Shown here: in pieces, positions 1 to 9,343 of the stretch
Layout of the letters: every line of letters begins with the position of its first letter
Position numbering within the stretch: the stretch's first letter is position 1
Source of the DNA: a virus
Length of the DNA stretch: 64,000 nt
Strand: one strand, 5' to 3'
Virus record (IMG/VR): IMGVR_UViG_3300016476_000893
Location: 2,211 to 66,210 of that record
Notes under the pieces: generated by a model
What the model saw: only the letters and a program-made list of their open reading frames with translations
Told to the model about the DNA's origin: nothing
Database searches by the model: none
Position numbers and translations under genes: made by a program

Positions 1-57
1 AGAACTATAATATCATTAATTTATGACATTCCGGAATGGAAAGAATATGTTAGATGA
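1..57 (+). CDS. 3' end of an upstream ORF (partial)
   Basis: Open frame RTIISLIYDIPEWKEYVR* from the window edge; its stop overlaps the next ATG (ATGA). Confidence 0.45.
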   Translation, partial: RTIISLIYDIPEWKEYVR

Positions 58-557
58 AGATAAAGTTGAACAAAAAGCAAATAAAGTACGCTATTGATTT
101 AGCTACAAAGAGGCATGATTCTAAAAACAAGTCGTTCAGAAGCAAAGGCACCTTGATTAATCTTGATGAAAAAGGTTTTAAAGATATTGACAAGCAATAC
201 CTTCCACACCTGATTGGTGTGATTGGAGAGCTTGCGTGGTCTATAGCAACTGGACAAAAGGTTGATGAATCTATATACTCTGTTAGAGATCCAGGTCAAG
301 ACTTTCATGAAACCGAGATAAAAACAATAACATATTTTGGCGATGGTGAACCAGAGCTTAAAATAAAAGTTTCTGAGTATGAATCAAAAATTCCAAAACT
401 TTATGTTCTTGTACGATTTGATATGGTTAAAACAGTAGAAATACTAGGAACAATAACTAGAGAAGCATTTGATCTTGTCAAAAAAAAGAAAAAATACGGG
501 GCTGGAAAGCCAATGAATTACATAGTACCAATTTCAAAAATGGAGATATATAAGTGA
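54..557 (+). CDS. phage hypothetical protein, possibly PD-(D/E)xK-like fold
   Basis: 167-aa ORF coupled to both neighbours; IGELA...DPGQDF...EIKT pattern loosely resembles the restriction-endonuclease fold. Confidence 0.55.
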   Translation: MKIKLNKKQIKYAIDLATKRHDSKNKSFRSKGTLINLDEKGFKDIDKQYLPHLIGVIGELAWSIATGQKVDESIYSVRDPGQDFHETEIKTITYFGDGEPELKIKVSEYESKIPKLYVLVRFDMVKTVEILGTITREAFDLVKKKKKYGAGKPMNYIVPISKMEIYK

Positions 558-1027
558 GTATAGAAAATTACGATGAAATTATTAAGGTTTCTCTAGAAAA
601 AGAGACTCAGAGAGACGTGGATGAAATAATGTCCATGTCGGGAGAGATAACGAATTCAGAGCCTCCATATTATGCTGGATCAAGGATGGACGAAAATGTT
701 TTGTTAAAGGAGCTAGTTACTTCTGGATGCGAATGGATGAATGTACAGAAAAATGTGTACGGCGTATCGAGCGTCACCAAGAATAACGAAAAGAAGTTAA
801 GAAAAGAATGTAAAAAATATATCGTAGAAACAAACAAGCCTTCTGGATTTATTCCAGCTTTCGTTTGGGCGTGGGCAATCAAGGCGTTGATTGAGTGGGT
901 TGTTTCTAAGGTTATCGAGAGAATGCTTCTCAAGGAAGAATCAAAAGTAAAAGATAGTCTGAGAGTATTAAGGAGTGTAGAGATTCCACCAGCATTTAAT
1001 GAAAGAAACAACATTTTTACTAAGTAA
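554..1027 (+). CDS. hypothetical protein with a hydrophobic/amphipathic segment
   Basis: 157 aa, GTG start overlapping the upstream stop; segment FIPAFVWAWAIKALIEWVV; 3' end overlaps the convergent minus-strand gene by 8 nt. Confidence 0.55.
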   Translation: MSIENYDEIIKVSLEKETQRDVDEIMSMSGEITNSEPPYYAGSRMDENVLLKELVTSGCEWMNVQKNVYGVSSVTKNNEKKLRKECKKYIVETNKPSGFIPAFVWAWAIKALIEWVVSKVIERMLLKEESKVKDSLRVLRSVEIPPAFNERNNIFTK

Positions 1028-2006
1028 TCTTTAATAAGATATTTTCCCACGAAGTAATAATAAACTCTCTTCTAGTTTTATTAAATTCACACATGCTATA
1101 TGACACGTCCTCAAAAAACGTGTCATTTTTATTTAGTGTGTCGAGGATTTCGCTATAAGACTCATAAAAGATTATATATGGCATCATCGAGTCATCGTAG
1201 AAGTCTGATAGAGCTATATCGTCATCAGATACGGCTCTGGCCTCTTCAGGCGACGAGAACGATATCTCACTCATATATCCAGGTATCTGCCTCAGAAAGC
1301 CTGCAGATGGAAACAACATTGGTACATTGGCTGTGTACTGCTCGAATATGGACATAGTAGAAACGTTGTATGGCATATGAACTATCGATTTAAACGAATA
1401 TAGTTCATTCCAACTATAAGATCCTAGGTCAAAATAATGTCGTATCAAATCGTTATTTATCTTTACATGTTTAGAAAATAATACAGACTCAGCCTTTGTT
1501 TTATTGTATTTACTTTTTGTGTATTCGCACAAACTTGGTATATGAGTCCAATTGAATTTTAAGTTTTTTTCACAGTACACCTTATCATATTTATTGTTGG
1601 CGACTGGGAATAGTTGCCCAGACTTGAACATATCAACCAGACTACTGTCTAAGTAAGTCTTTTGGCCACCTACCATAGGGTAATCGTATCTAGTGGCGGC
1701 AACAACGATAATTGGCTTATCAAACCTTCTGAACAATAAAGAGAAAGCAGGAGGGTATGCACAGATGAAACCATCATATTTACTGTATTCGTCTTTATAT
1801 CTACCGTAAAACCTCTCACAGACATCTTCATTTATATTTCGCCAGTTGTTTACATTTATTATTTCGTTAACACCTGGGTTTCTGTTAAACACCCAGTTGT
1901 GTCCGGAGAGGTTGCAGCTATCAACTGAGTGCCCAAGCTCATTGAATATATGCTTAATATCTTCTATCACTGATATATGCATGTCTATATTAAAAAATTT
2001 CATCAA
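1020..2006 (-). CDS. putative glycosyltransferase (GT-B-like)
   Basis: 328 aa; C-terminal KSIVHMPYNVSTMSIFEQYTANVPMLFP resembles the GT-B donor-binding region; last gene of the GT cluster. Confidence 0.55.
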   Translation of the reverse strand: MMKFFNIDMHISVIEDIKHIFNELGHSVDSCNLSGHNWVFNRNPGVNEIINVNNWRNINEDVCERFYGRYKDEYSKYDGFICAYPPAFSLLFRRFDKPIIVVAATRYDYPMVGGQKTYLDSSLVDMFKSGQLFPVANNKYDKVYCEKNLKFNWTHIPSLCEYTKSKYNKTKAESVLFSKHVKINNDLIRHYFDLGSYSWNELYSFKSIVHMPYNVSTMSIFEQYTANVPMLFPSAGFLRQIPGYMSEISFSSPEEARAVSDDDIALSDFYDDSMMPYIIFYESYSEILDTLNKNDTFFEDVSYSMCEFNKTRREFIITSWENILLKIT

Positions 2007-2693
2007 TCACCTGTATTGGTTCATATTAACGTATGGAAGACCTAGCATAATTCTATCTACATACTTTATCATGGTATTATGGAATACCCTACCCATAATC
2101 TCATTCCATTCAAGAGGGTATTTTGAGTCTAAGAACGCTCCATCTAGCTGATGAACGCCTCCATATATGGCCCTCGGGTGATACAGGCCGCTGTTCAATT
2201 TTAGAGACTCCAATTTTGAATCAAGAATATCGTTAACAGAGTCAAGCCATTCTTTTGCTACTGGAGTATTTTTCTTGAAAATGAATTTACCACAACCTGG
2301 TAGAATTGAGTAGTTGCTTCGTAGATACTCTCTGTTAAAATCTGTTGTGGCTATGTGATCAGGATGAAGCTCTCTGTACCCAATCATATACTTGCCTGAG
2401 TCGTCAAGTGCGTCAAAATACTCAACCCAAGAATGATCGCACATTTTTATATCGGTGTATCCACCTCCGTGATGATACATGCAGTAGGCTCTGAGATAAT
2501 CAGACTTGTGTGTCAAACTTAAATACTCATAAGCCTCATGCAAAGGCTCTGTAATTATATCGTCAATATTATGAGGGGTTATAAGCTTGACTTCGACACC
2601 AGAATTTTCAAAGATGCTTAAAAGACACCTACGTCTATCAGCAGATAATTCGTTATTTCCAGTCCAAAAACAATATATCTTTTTATAGATCAT
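2007..2693 (-). CDS. DXD glycosyltransferase (GT32 / capsular polysaccharide synthesis-like)
   Basis: IYCFWTG start and HKSDYLRAYCMYHHGGGYTDI motif (SDxxR...GGxYxD) typical of GT32. Confidence 0.8.
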   Translation of the reverse strand: MIYKKIYCFWTGNNELSADRRRCLLSIFENSGVEVKLITPHNIDDIITEPLHEAYEYLSLTHKSDYLRAYCMYHHGGGYTDIKMCDHSWVEYFDALDDSGKYMIGYRELHPDHIATTDFNREYLRSNYSILPGCGKFIFKKNTPVAKEWLDSVNDILDSKLESLKLNSGLYHPRAIYGGVHQLDGAFLDSKYPLEWNEIMGRVFHNTMIKYVDRIMLGLPYVNMNQYR

Positions 2694-3462
2694 GGCTAAA
2701 AATTCTTATTATTGAGTTATCACCAAAAGCTGCAAAAATATCTCTTTTAAGAAACCAAAATCGCCCAGGTGTAGCAATGCAATTTCTGCAGTCGCTGCGA
2801 CACCCATCTAAAACCTCGTTTATAACATAAACCTTATAACCTCTTGACTCTAAAAACTCAACTGTAGATTTTGTATCGTCAATCTCAAAATGTTGTTCAA
2901 ATGCTATTATAGGTTTACAGTCTTCGATTAATTTTTGTGAACCTAACAATATTCTGTGCTCCATACCCTCAGCGTCTAAATGTATATATTCGACACCATC
3001 TATTTCTCCATCAGCATATAGTTTGTCAAGAGTAGTTGACTGAACTTCAATCTTATTTGCGGATTGAGCGTCGTTATAAACAAAAGAACAATGTTTTATG
3101 TCAACATTTGTTGTAAACAATGTCTCTTCTTTATCACTTACAGCGATTTTTATTGTCTTTAAGTTTTTTATTGTATTGATTTCGCAAACCCTGTTGATAT
3201 AATCGATGTTATCATCAGAAGGGTCTATTGCATATACAATTTTTCCCTTATTGTTATAAGCCCACGGTATTGAATTATCGCCAATCCATGCACCAAGATC
3301 TACTATGTTTCCTGTCATCTTATCGTTTTTTAGTATAAGACTACTTATCTTCCTGAATAAAACCTCTTTGTTTGGCCTGTTAGACATTATTGTAGAAAAT
3401 TCGTGTGCAGGAAAATTTATTATATCACTACAATCATTGCTGAATAAAATTGAAAATGTCAT
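2683..3462 (-). CDS. FkbM-family SAM-dependent methyltransferase
   Basis: VDLGAWIG motif I, YAIDP, TTLD, YIHLDAEGME, KPIIAFE. Confidence 0.88.
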   Translation of the reverse strand: MTFSILFSNDCSDIINFPAHEFSTIMSNRPNKEVLFRKISSLILKNDKMTGNIVDLGAWIGDNSIPWAYNNKGKIVYAIDPSDDNIDYINRVCEINTIKNLKTIKIAVSDKEETLFTTNVDIKHCSFVYNDAQSANKIEVQSTTLDKLYADGEIDGVEYIHLDAEGMEHRILLGSQKLIEDCKPIIAFEQHFEIDDTKSTVEFLESRGYKVYVINEVLDGCRSDCRNCIATPGRFWFLKRDIFAAFGDNSIIRIFSHDL

Positions 3463-3472
3463 AATGTTAATT

Positions 3473-4072
3473 CTATCTAGTTCTGTAATTAACTAATTTG
3501 TGTGATGAGTATCCAATATCAAAACCGTTTGAAATAAGATCTTGACAAAACTTTCCATCTTCAGATCTGTAAAATTTTTCAGACTCATTAAATCTTACTT
3601 TTTCCAAGCAGTATCTTTTAACAGCAATATGAGAATGATGGACTGGGAAATTTAACGAATGTACAATGTTTGTGCAACTTTCACTATTTGTGAAATGTCC
3701 ATCAACAAACCCACAGTCATTATACTTTTCAAAAAAACTATTATTTACATTATAATTGTGTACAAACGCATCTATATTGTTTTCTAAAGCTTTTTTAGTT
3801 ATTTCTATTTTTTGTGGATGTGGAATGTCATCAACGTCAAAAAACATTATTGCGTCACCAGTAAATACGTTTATTCCATCATTTCTTGAAACAGACTGCA
3901 TCTGCCTGTCTTCAAACAACACAGCTTTATCAAAATTTACATTCTCGCGTAGCCCGTTTCCTACAATTATTATTTCATCAGCTTTTACTGTTTGACGCTC
4001 AAACTCTTTCAGTAAAGAAGGAAGAAAATGAACATCTTGATCATAGAAGGTTATACATAAAGATAATTTCAT
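3473..4072 (-). CDS. glycosyltransferase family 2
   Basis: LSLCITFY...ADEIIIVGNG, SVSRNDGI, MFFDVDD (DxD), EDGKF. Confidence 0.85.
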   Translation of the reverse strand: MKLSLCITFYDQDVHFLPSLLKEFERQTVKADEIIIVGNGLRENVNFDKAVLFEDRQMQSVSRNDGINVFTGDAIMFFDVDDIPHPQKIEITKKALENNIDAFVHNYNVNNSFFEKYNDCGFVDGHFTNSESCTNIVHSLNFPVHHSHIAVKRYCLEKVRFNESEKFYRSEDGKFCQDLISNGFDIGYSSHKLVNYRTR

Positions 4073-4731
4073 ACAACACCTGGAAAATGAGGAACTTCAA
4101 CAAATTGAATTTCTAGATTGTCTAAATGATCGTATGGAGCACCTACATATTCATTGTTTCGTCTAGGTGATGGAAAAGTTTCGCCTTGGTACATTTCGTC
4201 ATGAACTAAAACACTTGTTTCAAACGAAAATAACTCAGATAAAAACTCTTGGTCAACATCATAGTAGTCTGGATTCTCTTTAGATGCTAGGAAGGCATCA
4301 ATAGTATCGTTTTCTATTGTTCCGTTGTACCCCCACATGCCGCCCATAACGTACCGCTGATGATATGCGTGGTCCCTCATTATATGAAGCTTCTTCCCGC
4401 TTAGCAGCCACTCGTCTACAGCAACTCTTTCTCTATATGAAAGTCTAGAATCTGTGTCTCTTGATATAAAAACGTCTACATCAGGATCATATAATGGTTT
4501 AAATCTCCATAACATGGAAGAAATTTTTCCTTCTCCCATATTTATTACTTTCGCTGAATTCTGTATCAGCCCGTCAATAATGGTCTGTGGAACATCATTT
4601 GCTACATAAAACCTACATTCCCAACCTGTATAAATATACTTAGCTAAGAATGCATTTTTTACAGCACCAATTGTATACTTCGGGTTGTCGCCCCATAAAG
4701 AAAAGCTGATAACTTTATTCATTTTGTTCAC
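4069..4731 (-). CDS. putative GT-A fold glycosyltransferase
   Basis: KVISFSLWGDNPKY...MLWRF...FISRDTDSR...HIMRDH...MGGMWG...DQEFL pattern with a DxD motif. Confidence 0.7.
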   Translation of the reverse strand: MNKMNKVISFSLWGDNPKYTIGAVKNAFLAKYIYTGWECRFYVANDVPQTIIDGLIQNSAKVINMGEGKISSMLWRFKPLYDPDVDVFISRDTDSRLSYRERVAVDEWLLSGKKLHIMRDHAYHQRYVMGGMWGYNGTIENDTIDAFLASKENPDYYDVDQEFLSELFSFETSVLVHDEMYQGETFPSPRRNNEYVGAPYDHLDNLEIQFVEVPHFPGVV

Positions 4732-5476
4732 CTTTAATAGATTTTTCGTATAAGTAGCTATAATATCTATGTATTTGTATTACTTCTGAGATGTTTCTTT
4801 GCATGTTGCTTACGTTTGTGGAGACACCAACTGGATTATGATAGTATATACCAAGAGGCTCTTTTATTAAAGACATCTGAGAACCACCCATTGCACACCT
4901 CAACCAGAATTCCCAGTCGCTGCCAGATACAAAGTTTGTAGAAAAAAGTCCGTATCTATCGTGCAGAGTTCTTCTCCACAGAGGGTGGTTGTGTGGAAGG
5001 TTTGCCCCCAGCAAGTTTGGTATTGAAAATTCACCAGTGTTAAATATTTGTAAATTTTTATCAGAATAATCAATGTCAGCGTCTGTTATATTATAGTCAT
5101 TAGTCACTACATTGTAGCAGTAAGCTACGTCTATATCTTCATTATCATCCAAAAGAGCGGTTGTTTTTTCTATAAAATCTGGTCTTAATTTGTCATCTAT
5201 ATTAGCGTTCGTTAAATATTTGGAACTACTATTTGCTATTACATAATTCCATGCTTCATACACAGTGCAGTCGTAAGGTAACTGCTCATACCGTATATTC
5301 GGATACCTTCTAAGGTACGGCGATATCGCATCAAACTCTCTGCCCTTCGAATTACAATTCAGTAAAAAGAGAAGACAGTCATCGAACTTAGTTTGACGGA
5401 CGATGTTTTCCATAAACCCTTTGATATATAAATCACCGTTGTACACAGAGGATATAATTGTCGTTGTTTTTTCCAT
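4715..5476 (-). CDS. glycosyltransferase family 2
   Basis: IISSVYNG, YEAWNY, YLTNANIDD, GSDWEFWLR. Confidence 0.88.
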   Translation of the reverse strand: MEKTTTIISSVYNGDLYIKGFMENIVRQTKFDDCLLFLLNCNSKGREFDAISPYLRRYPNIRYEQLPYDCTVYEAWNYVIANSSSKYLTNANIDDKLRPDFIEKTTALLDDNEDIDVAYCYNVVTNDYNITDADIDYSDKNLQIFNTGEFSIPNLLGANLPHNHPLWRRTLHDRYGLFSTNFVSGSDWEFWLRCAMGGSQMSLIKEPLGIYYHNPVGVSTNVSNMQRNISEVIQIHRYYSYLYEKSIKGEQNE

Positions 5477-5888
5477 TGTCCAGTTTTCAGTAAAAGAAGA
5501 AGTATAAGTTTAGGGGATGATTATTAATCACTGATATTTCCCCTTTTAATGTAGATCTTTAGCGTTGTTGGATATTAATCGTTAAAGTTAATCTAAACGT
5601 TTGTAGAATAAATAAGGATTTTGTTTTATTATTGTACGTTGACAGTTCAGAGCACGAAAAAAATTTCGCAAAAAAAATGAAAATGTTGGGTTGCGTTAAT
5701 CATTACCTGCCTACGCAGAACTCTTTTGAGGATTTAACGCAGTTGGAGGCTCTTTACTGTTGTTATTTCACCTACGCCAACTTTTCACGTATTTTCACTC
5801 GCCAATCAGGCTATGTAATCTGAAAAATACGAATCAGATATTTAGTTATAGACATTTCGATAAAAAAAGTAAAGTGCATTTTTTCATA

Positions 5889-5917
5889 TTGACAAAAATG
5901 ATCGAGACGCATATAAT
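5889..5917 (+). promoter_or_regulatory. consensus sigma70-type (early) promoter
   Basis: TTGACA at 5889-5894, 17-nt spacer, TATAAT at 5912-5917, A/T-rich upstream; GGAG RBS and ATG (5959) downstream. Confidence 0.88.
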
Positions 5918-5958
5918 GTATTTATATGTGCAACATTATCTATTTATCGGAGAATAAA

Positions 5959-6291
5959 ATGAATCAGAGAGAATTTTTTGAAACATTCGAAAGAATTTCT
6001 GGGGCTTACAATTGGTACTTTGTAAGAAACCAAATTTTTGGTCTAGTGAAAAGAGGTCCATACAAAGGCACGCAAGTAACCCCAGTAACTGCAGTTGCAA
6101 GATCTCTAGGAAAGGGTATTTATATAGATACTTTTCGTGCTGGAAAGGCTATTGGAATCACCAGTGAATTATCACGCGCTATATGCAATGCGTGCTTAGG
6201 GGTTGGAGTAAATGGTCATTCGGTTGTAGTAAAAGGTAAGATTTTAAGAAGTATTGTTCTTAGTAAGAACGCTATGTTGCACGCAGAATGA
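5959..6291 (+). CDS. hypothetical early protein
   Basis: ORF track 5926-6291; ATG 5959 preferred because GGAG lies at 5949-5952 and 5926 is at the predicted transcription start. Confidence 0.7.
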   Translation: MNQREFFETFERISGAYNWYFVRNQIFGLVKRGPYKGTQVTPVTAVARSLGKGIYIDTFRAGKAIGITSELSRAICNACLGVGVNGHSVVVKGKILRSIVLSKNAMLHAE

Positions 6292-6301
6292 GGAGCGAAA
6301 C

Positions 6302-6667
6302 ATGAATGAAATTAGGTTAGTCGGAAATATTGTCAAAGATCCTGAAGTTTTTGACACAAAAACAGGTAAAATGGCGAGAGTTAGAATTGCCGTTAATCAC
6401 AGATCTCAAGAAGTAGAAGAAACCCTTTATATTGACGTTAAGCTGTTCGGAAAGGCTTATAGTGATGTAGAGTATTTTTCTCTAGCTAAAGGTGATAGAG
6501 TTTCTGTTGTTGGCAGGTTAGTGTCTAGAGAATATAAGAACAAGGACGGCGTTGACATGAAAGAAAACGTTGTTCATGCATACAATATATTGAAGATCGC
6601 TAAAGGTCAATCAAAACCTTCTGAGTCGTCATCTACAAATTCTAGTTATGACGATGTTGCATTTTAG
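6302..6667 (+). CDS. ssb: single-stranded DNA-binding protein
   Basis: MNEIRLVGNIVKDPE, IAVN, KGDRVSVVGRL, acidic tail ending DDVAF; AGGAG before ATG 6302. Confidence 0.93.
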   Translation: MNEIRLVGNIVKDPEVFDTKTGKMARVRIAVNHRSQEVEETLYIDVKLFGKAYSDVEYFSLAKGDRVSVVGRLVSREYKNKDGVDMKENVVHAYNILKIAKGQSKPSESSSTNSSYDDVAF

Positions 6668-6674
6668 GTGAAAT

Positions 6675-6860
6675 ATGTCAAAACTAAAAAGGCAAGAGAA
6701 GAAAAAAATAGCTAGAAAAAAAGAGTCTAAGAAAAAGGTTCTAGCAAAACGCAAGATTTTGAGAGACACTCGAAAAGCTGAAAAAGAGCTTCAAGAGATT
6801 GTTGACTCTACTAAAGAAAAACTAAAACCGTATAGAAAAGGAAAAAATGAAGAAACTTAA
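6675..6860 (+). CDS. small Lys/Arg-rich hypothetical protein
   Basis: 61 aa, very basic, AGGTG RBS. Confidence 0.6.
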   Translation: MSKLKRQEKKKIARKKESKKKVLAKRKILRDTRKAEKELQEIVDSTKEKLKPYRKGKNEET

Positions 6861-7911
6861 TTTACATTGTCCTATAAATACGACATCGTATGGTTATGTT
6901 TCATCTCACTTTCTTAAAAATATATATAGTCATTATGACCTAAGACATATTCCGATCTCTGAGAATCAACCAGATGATGATTTAAAAGACTATCTATCTA
7001 AACCTTTAAATTCTGGTTTTTTACACAAAGACGCAACAACGCTGAAAATTTGGCATCAGCACGATTTGTATACATACACGAGACCAAATATAGGGTTTCC
7101 AATATTTGAGCTTGATAGATTTGATGATCGGGAGCGACATTCGTTGTCGCATCCCGATTTTTTGTTTGTGTGCAGCGAGTGGGCAAAAAGCGTTGTATCA
7201 TCATTTGTTGACAAAGAGATTTATGTTGTCCCTCTTGGGTATGATGAAAACATATTTAAGCCAGACGAATTTGATAATAAAAACGTGACTATATTTGCCA
7301 ACTTTGGCAAGTTTGAAGTTAGGAAAGGTCATGATGTATTATTAAAAGCATTCAATTTGGCATTTGAAAAAGATGATAACGTAGCTTTAGTTATGATGCC
7401 AACTAATTACTTCTTGACAGAAGAAAGACATGAGCAGTGGATTTCGTCATATAAACACAGCAAACTCGGAGACAAAATAGAGTTTGTCCCAAGGTTGAAA
7501 ACTCAGTCAATGGTGTATAATATTATGAAGCAGGTTCATTGCGGAGTATTTCCAGCAAGAGCCGAGGGTTGGAACCTAGAAGCTTTAGAAATGCTGGCTT
7601 GCGGAAAACATCTAATAATCAGCAATTGTACAGGCCATACAGAGTTTGTAAATGCAGAAAATTCTATGTTGATCGACATGGATAAAAAAGAACCAGCACA
7701 CGATCCACCGTTTTTCTTTGGCCAAGGTGACTGGTATTCTTTTGAACAAACACAGGTAGATCAGCTCGTAGAACATCTGAGAAGCTTCCACAAAAAAAAC
7801 ATGTTTGGTGAAATTTCTATAAATTCAAAAGGAATTAAAGATTCTAGTAATTTCACTTGGTCAAAATCTTCAAGAAAATTAATAGATACGATAGATAAGG
7901 TAGCAAGTTAA
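6847..7911 (+). CDS. glycosyltransferase family 4 (GT-B)
   Basis: GKFEVRKGHDVLLKAF and VFPARAEGWNLEALEMLACG (ExxxxxxxE-type motif). Confidence 0.9.
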   Translation: MKKLNLHCPINTTSYGYVSSHFLKNIYSHYDLRHIPISENQPDDDLKDYLSKPLNSGFLHKDATTLKIWHQHDLYTYTRPNIGFPIFELDRFDDRERHSLSHPDFLFVCSEWAKSVVSSFVDKEIYVVPLGYDENIFKPDEFDNKNVTIFANFGKFEVRKGHDVLLKAFNLAFEKDDNVALVMMPTNYFLTEERHEQWISSYKHSKLGDKIEFVPRLKTQSMVYNIMKQVHCGVFPARAEGWNLEALEMLACGKHLIISNCTGHTEFVNAENSMLIDMDKKEPAHDPPFFFGQGDWYSFEQTQVDQLVEHLRSFHKKNMFGEISINSKGIKDSSNFTWSKSSRKLIDTIDKVAS

Positions 7912-7912
7912 T

Positions 7913-8611
7913 ATGCCAGTACCAAAGAAACAAGAAAGCGAAAAGACTCAAGAATTTTTGTCAAGATGTATGGGCGACTCAAAGATGAACAAGGAATACC
8001 CAGATAGAGCACAAAGGTATGCCGTTTGTGTTAGGTCTGGAAATGCAAATGCTATGGAGGTTATTGAATACGCATATTATGATGAAAATTATGGAAATAC
8101 AGAAGAAATAAGTGAAGACAATTTCTACATACCAGAGTCTGAAGAATATTTAACCTTTGCTTCTGAGTGTGAAAATATTGAAGATGACGAAGTTGAAGAA
8201 GAGTACGATATTGCAAAAGATAAGCCTGGTTTGTGGGAAAATATAAGGAAAAAGAAAGAGAGATTGGGTAATAAGTATAAACCAGCAAAGCCTGGTGATA
8301 AAGATAGACCAGATCCAAAATCTTTCAAAAAGGCTCAGGCAGAAGAAAGTAAAAAATCTAAAGTTAAATTAAACAAGCCTTTTAGAACTCCTAGTGGCCC
8401 AAAGAAATTTTCAGTTTATGTGAAAAATGAAAAAGGTAATGTAGTTAAGGTTAACTTTGGCGACCCAAACATGTCTATAAAGAGGGATGACCCAGGCTCT
8501 AGAAAGAATTTTAGAGCTAGGCATAGTTGCGACAATCCAGGCCCAAAGTGGAAGGCTAGGTATTGGTCATGTAAGTTTTGGTCCAGCAAGAATGTCTCAG
8601 ACTTAGTTTAG
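7913..8611 (+). CDS. modular phage hypothetical protein
   Basis: 232 aa: N-terminal PKKQESE..EFLSRCM module, acidic spacer, KPGLWENIRKK module, C-terminal VNFGD...NFRARHSC...RYWSC module. Confidence 0.7.
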   Translation: MPVPKKQESEKTQEFLSRCMGDSKMNKEYPDRAQRYAVCVRSGNANAMEVIEYAYYDENYGNTEEISEDNFYIPESEEYLTFASECENIEDDEVEEEYDIAKDKPGLWENIRKKKERLGNKYKPAKPGDKDRPDPKSFKKAQAEESKKSKVKLNKPFRTPSGPKKFSVYVKNEKGNVVKVNFGDPNMSIKRDDPGSRKNFRARHSCDNPGPKWKARYWSCKFWSSKNVSDLV

Positions 8612-8618
8612 GTGACAA

Positions 8619-9083
8619 ATGAACAGAAAAAAATATTTATTAGCATCTATGGATGCAAACATATTAAAATGCCCAGAGGCTACTCAAAACCTAGAGACCA
8701 ACCTAAAAAATAGGCAGAAATGCATAGACGTAGCAAACTATGGCCCAGCAAATCCAAATATTGAAGATGAAGAATACTGGCAGAGAAAAGCTGACCAATT
8801 CAAGACGACAAAAGAAGTTGCTAAAACAATGACGTGCTCAAACTGCGCAGCTTTTGTTGTAAAAGAAAGTATGCTTAGCTGTATTCAAATAGGATTAGCT
8901 ATAGAAAATGAAGTAGAAGACGACAGTGAAGATGACGAAGAACCTGAAGATGATATGGAAGAAGATATAGCTGAAGATATTTTAAAACTTTCAAATCTAG
9001 GGTATTGCGAGCTTTTTGACTTTAAGTGTGCTGGCAAAAGAACTTGTGACGCTTGGATTGTCAATGGTCCGCTAGGAGACTAA
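8619..9083 (+). CDS. Cys-rich hypothetical protein (possible metal/Fe-S binding)
   Basis: CSNCAAF ... GYCELFDFKCAGKRTCDAW, with an acidic run between the Cys motifs. Confidence 0.7.
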   Translation: MNRKKYLLASMDANILKCPEATQNLETNLKNRQKCIDVANYGPANPNIEDEEYWQRKADQFKTTKEVAKTMTCSNCAAFVVKESMLSCIQIGLAIENEVEDDSEDDEEPEDDMEEDIAEDILKLSNLGYCELFDFKCAGKRTCDAWIVNGPLGD

Positions 9084-9084
9084 A

Positions 9085-9333
9085 ATGGAAGATAAGGACA
9101 GCATAACGTACTATGTTGATGGTGATTTTATAAAAGTTGACTTTAACATAGTAAACATGGCAGATTTTTTAACATTGATGTCAAAAGTTTGCAGTGGAGA
9201 CATGGCAGACAACTCTATCGAGTCGTTAAAACGCAAGCTGTTAGAATACAACATAACAAATGATGAAATTTCCAACATTGAAGAAATAATTGGAAATAGA
9301 AAACCAGTAATATCTCCTATTAATTATAAGTAA
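9085..9333 (+). CDS. hypothetical protein
   Basis: 82-aa ORF packed in the operon. Confidence 0.6.
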   Translation: MEDKDSITYYVDGDFIKVDFNIVNMADFLTLMSKVCSGDMADNSIESLKRKLLEYNITNDEISNIEEIIGNRKPVISPINYK

Positions 9334-9343
9334 GGAGTCTTTC

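Noticed and set aside
1020-1027. Functional meaning of convergent 3' overlaps (here and at 30451-30464)
   Set aside because: Short tail-to-tail overlaps are common in compact phage genomes.
5632-5957. ORFs 5632-5823 and 5760-5957 in the intergenic region
   Set aside because: Non-ATG starts, no RBS, overlap with the consensus promoter, and no protein-like features.
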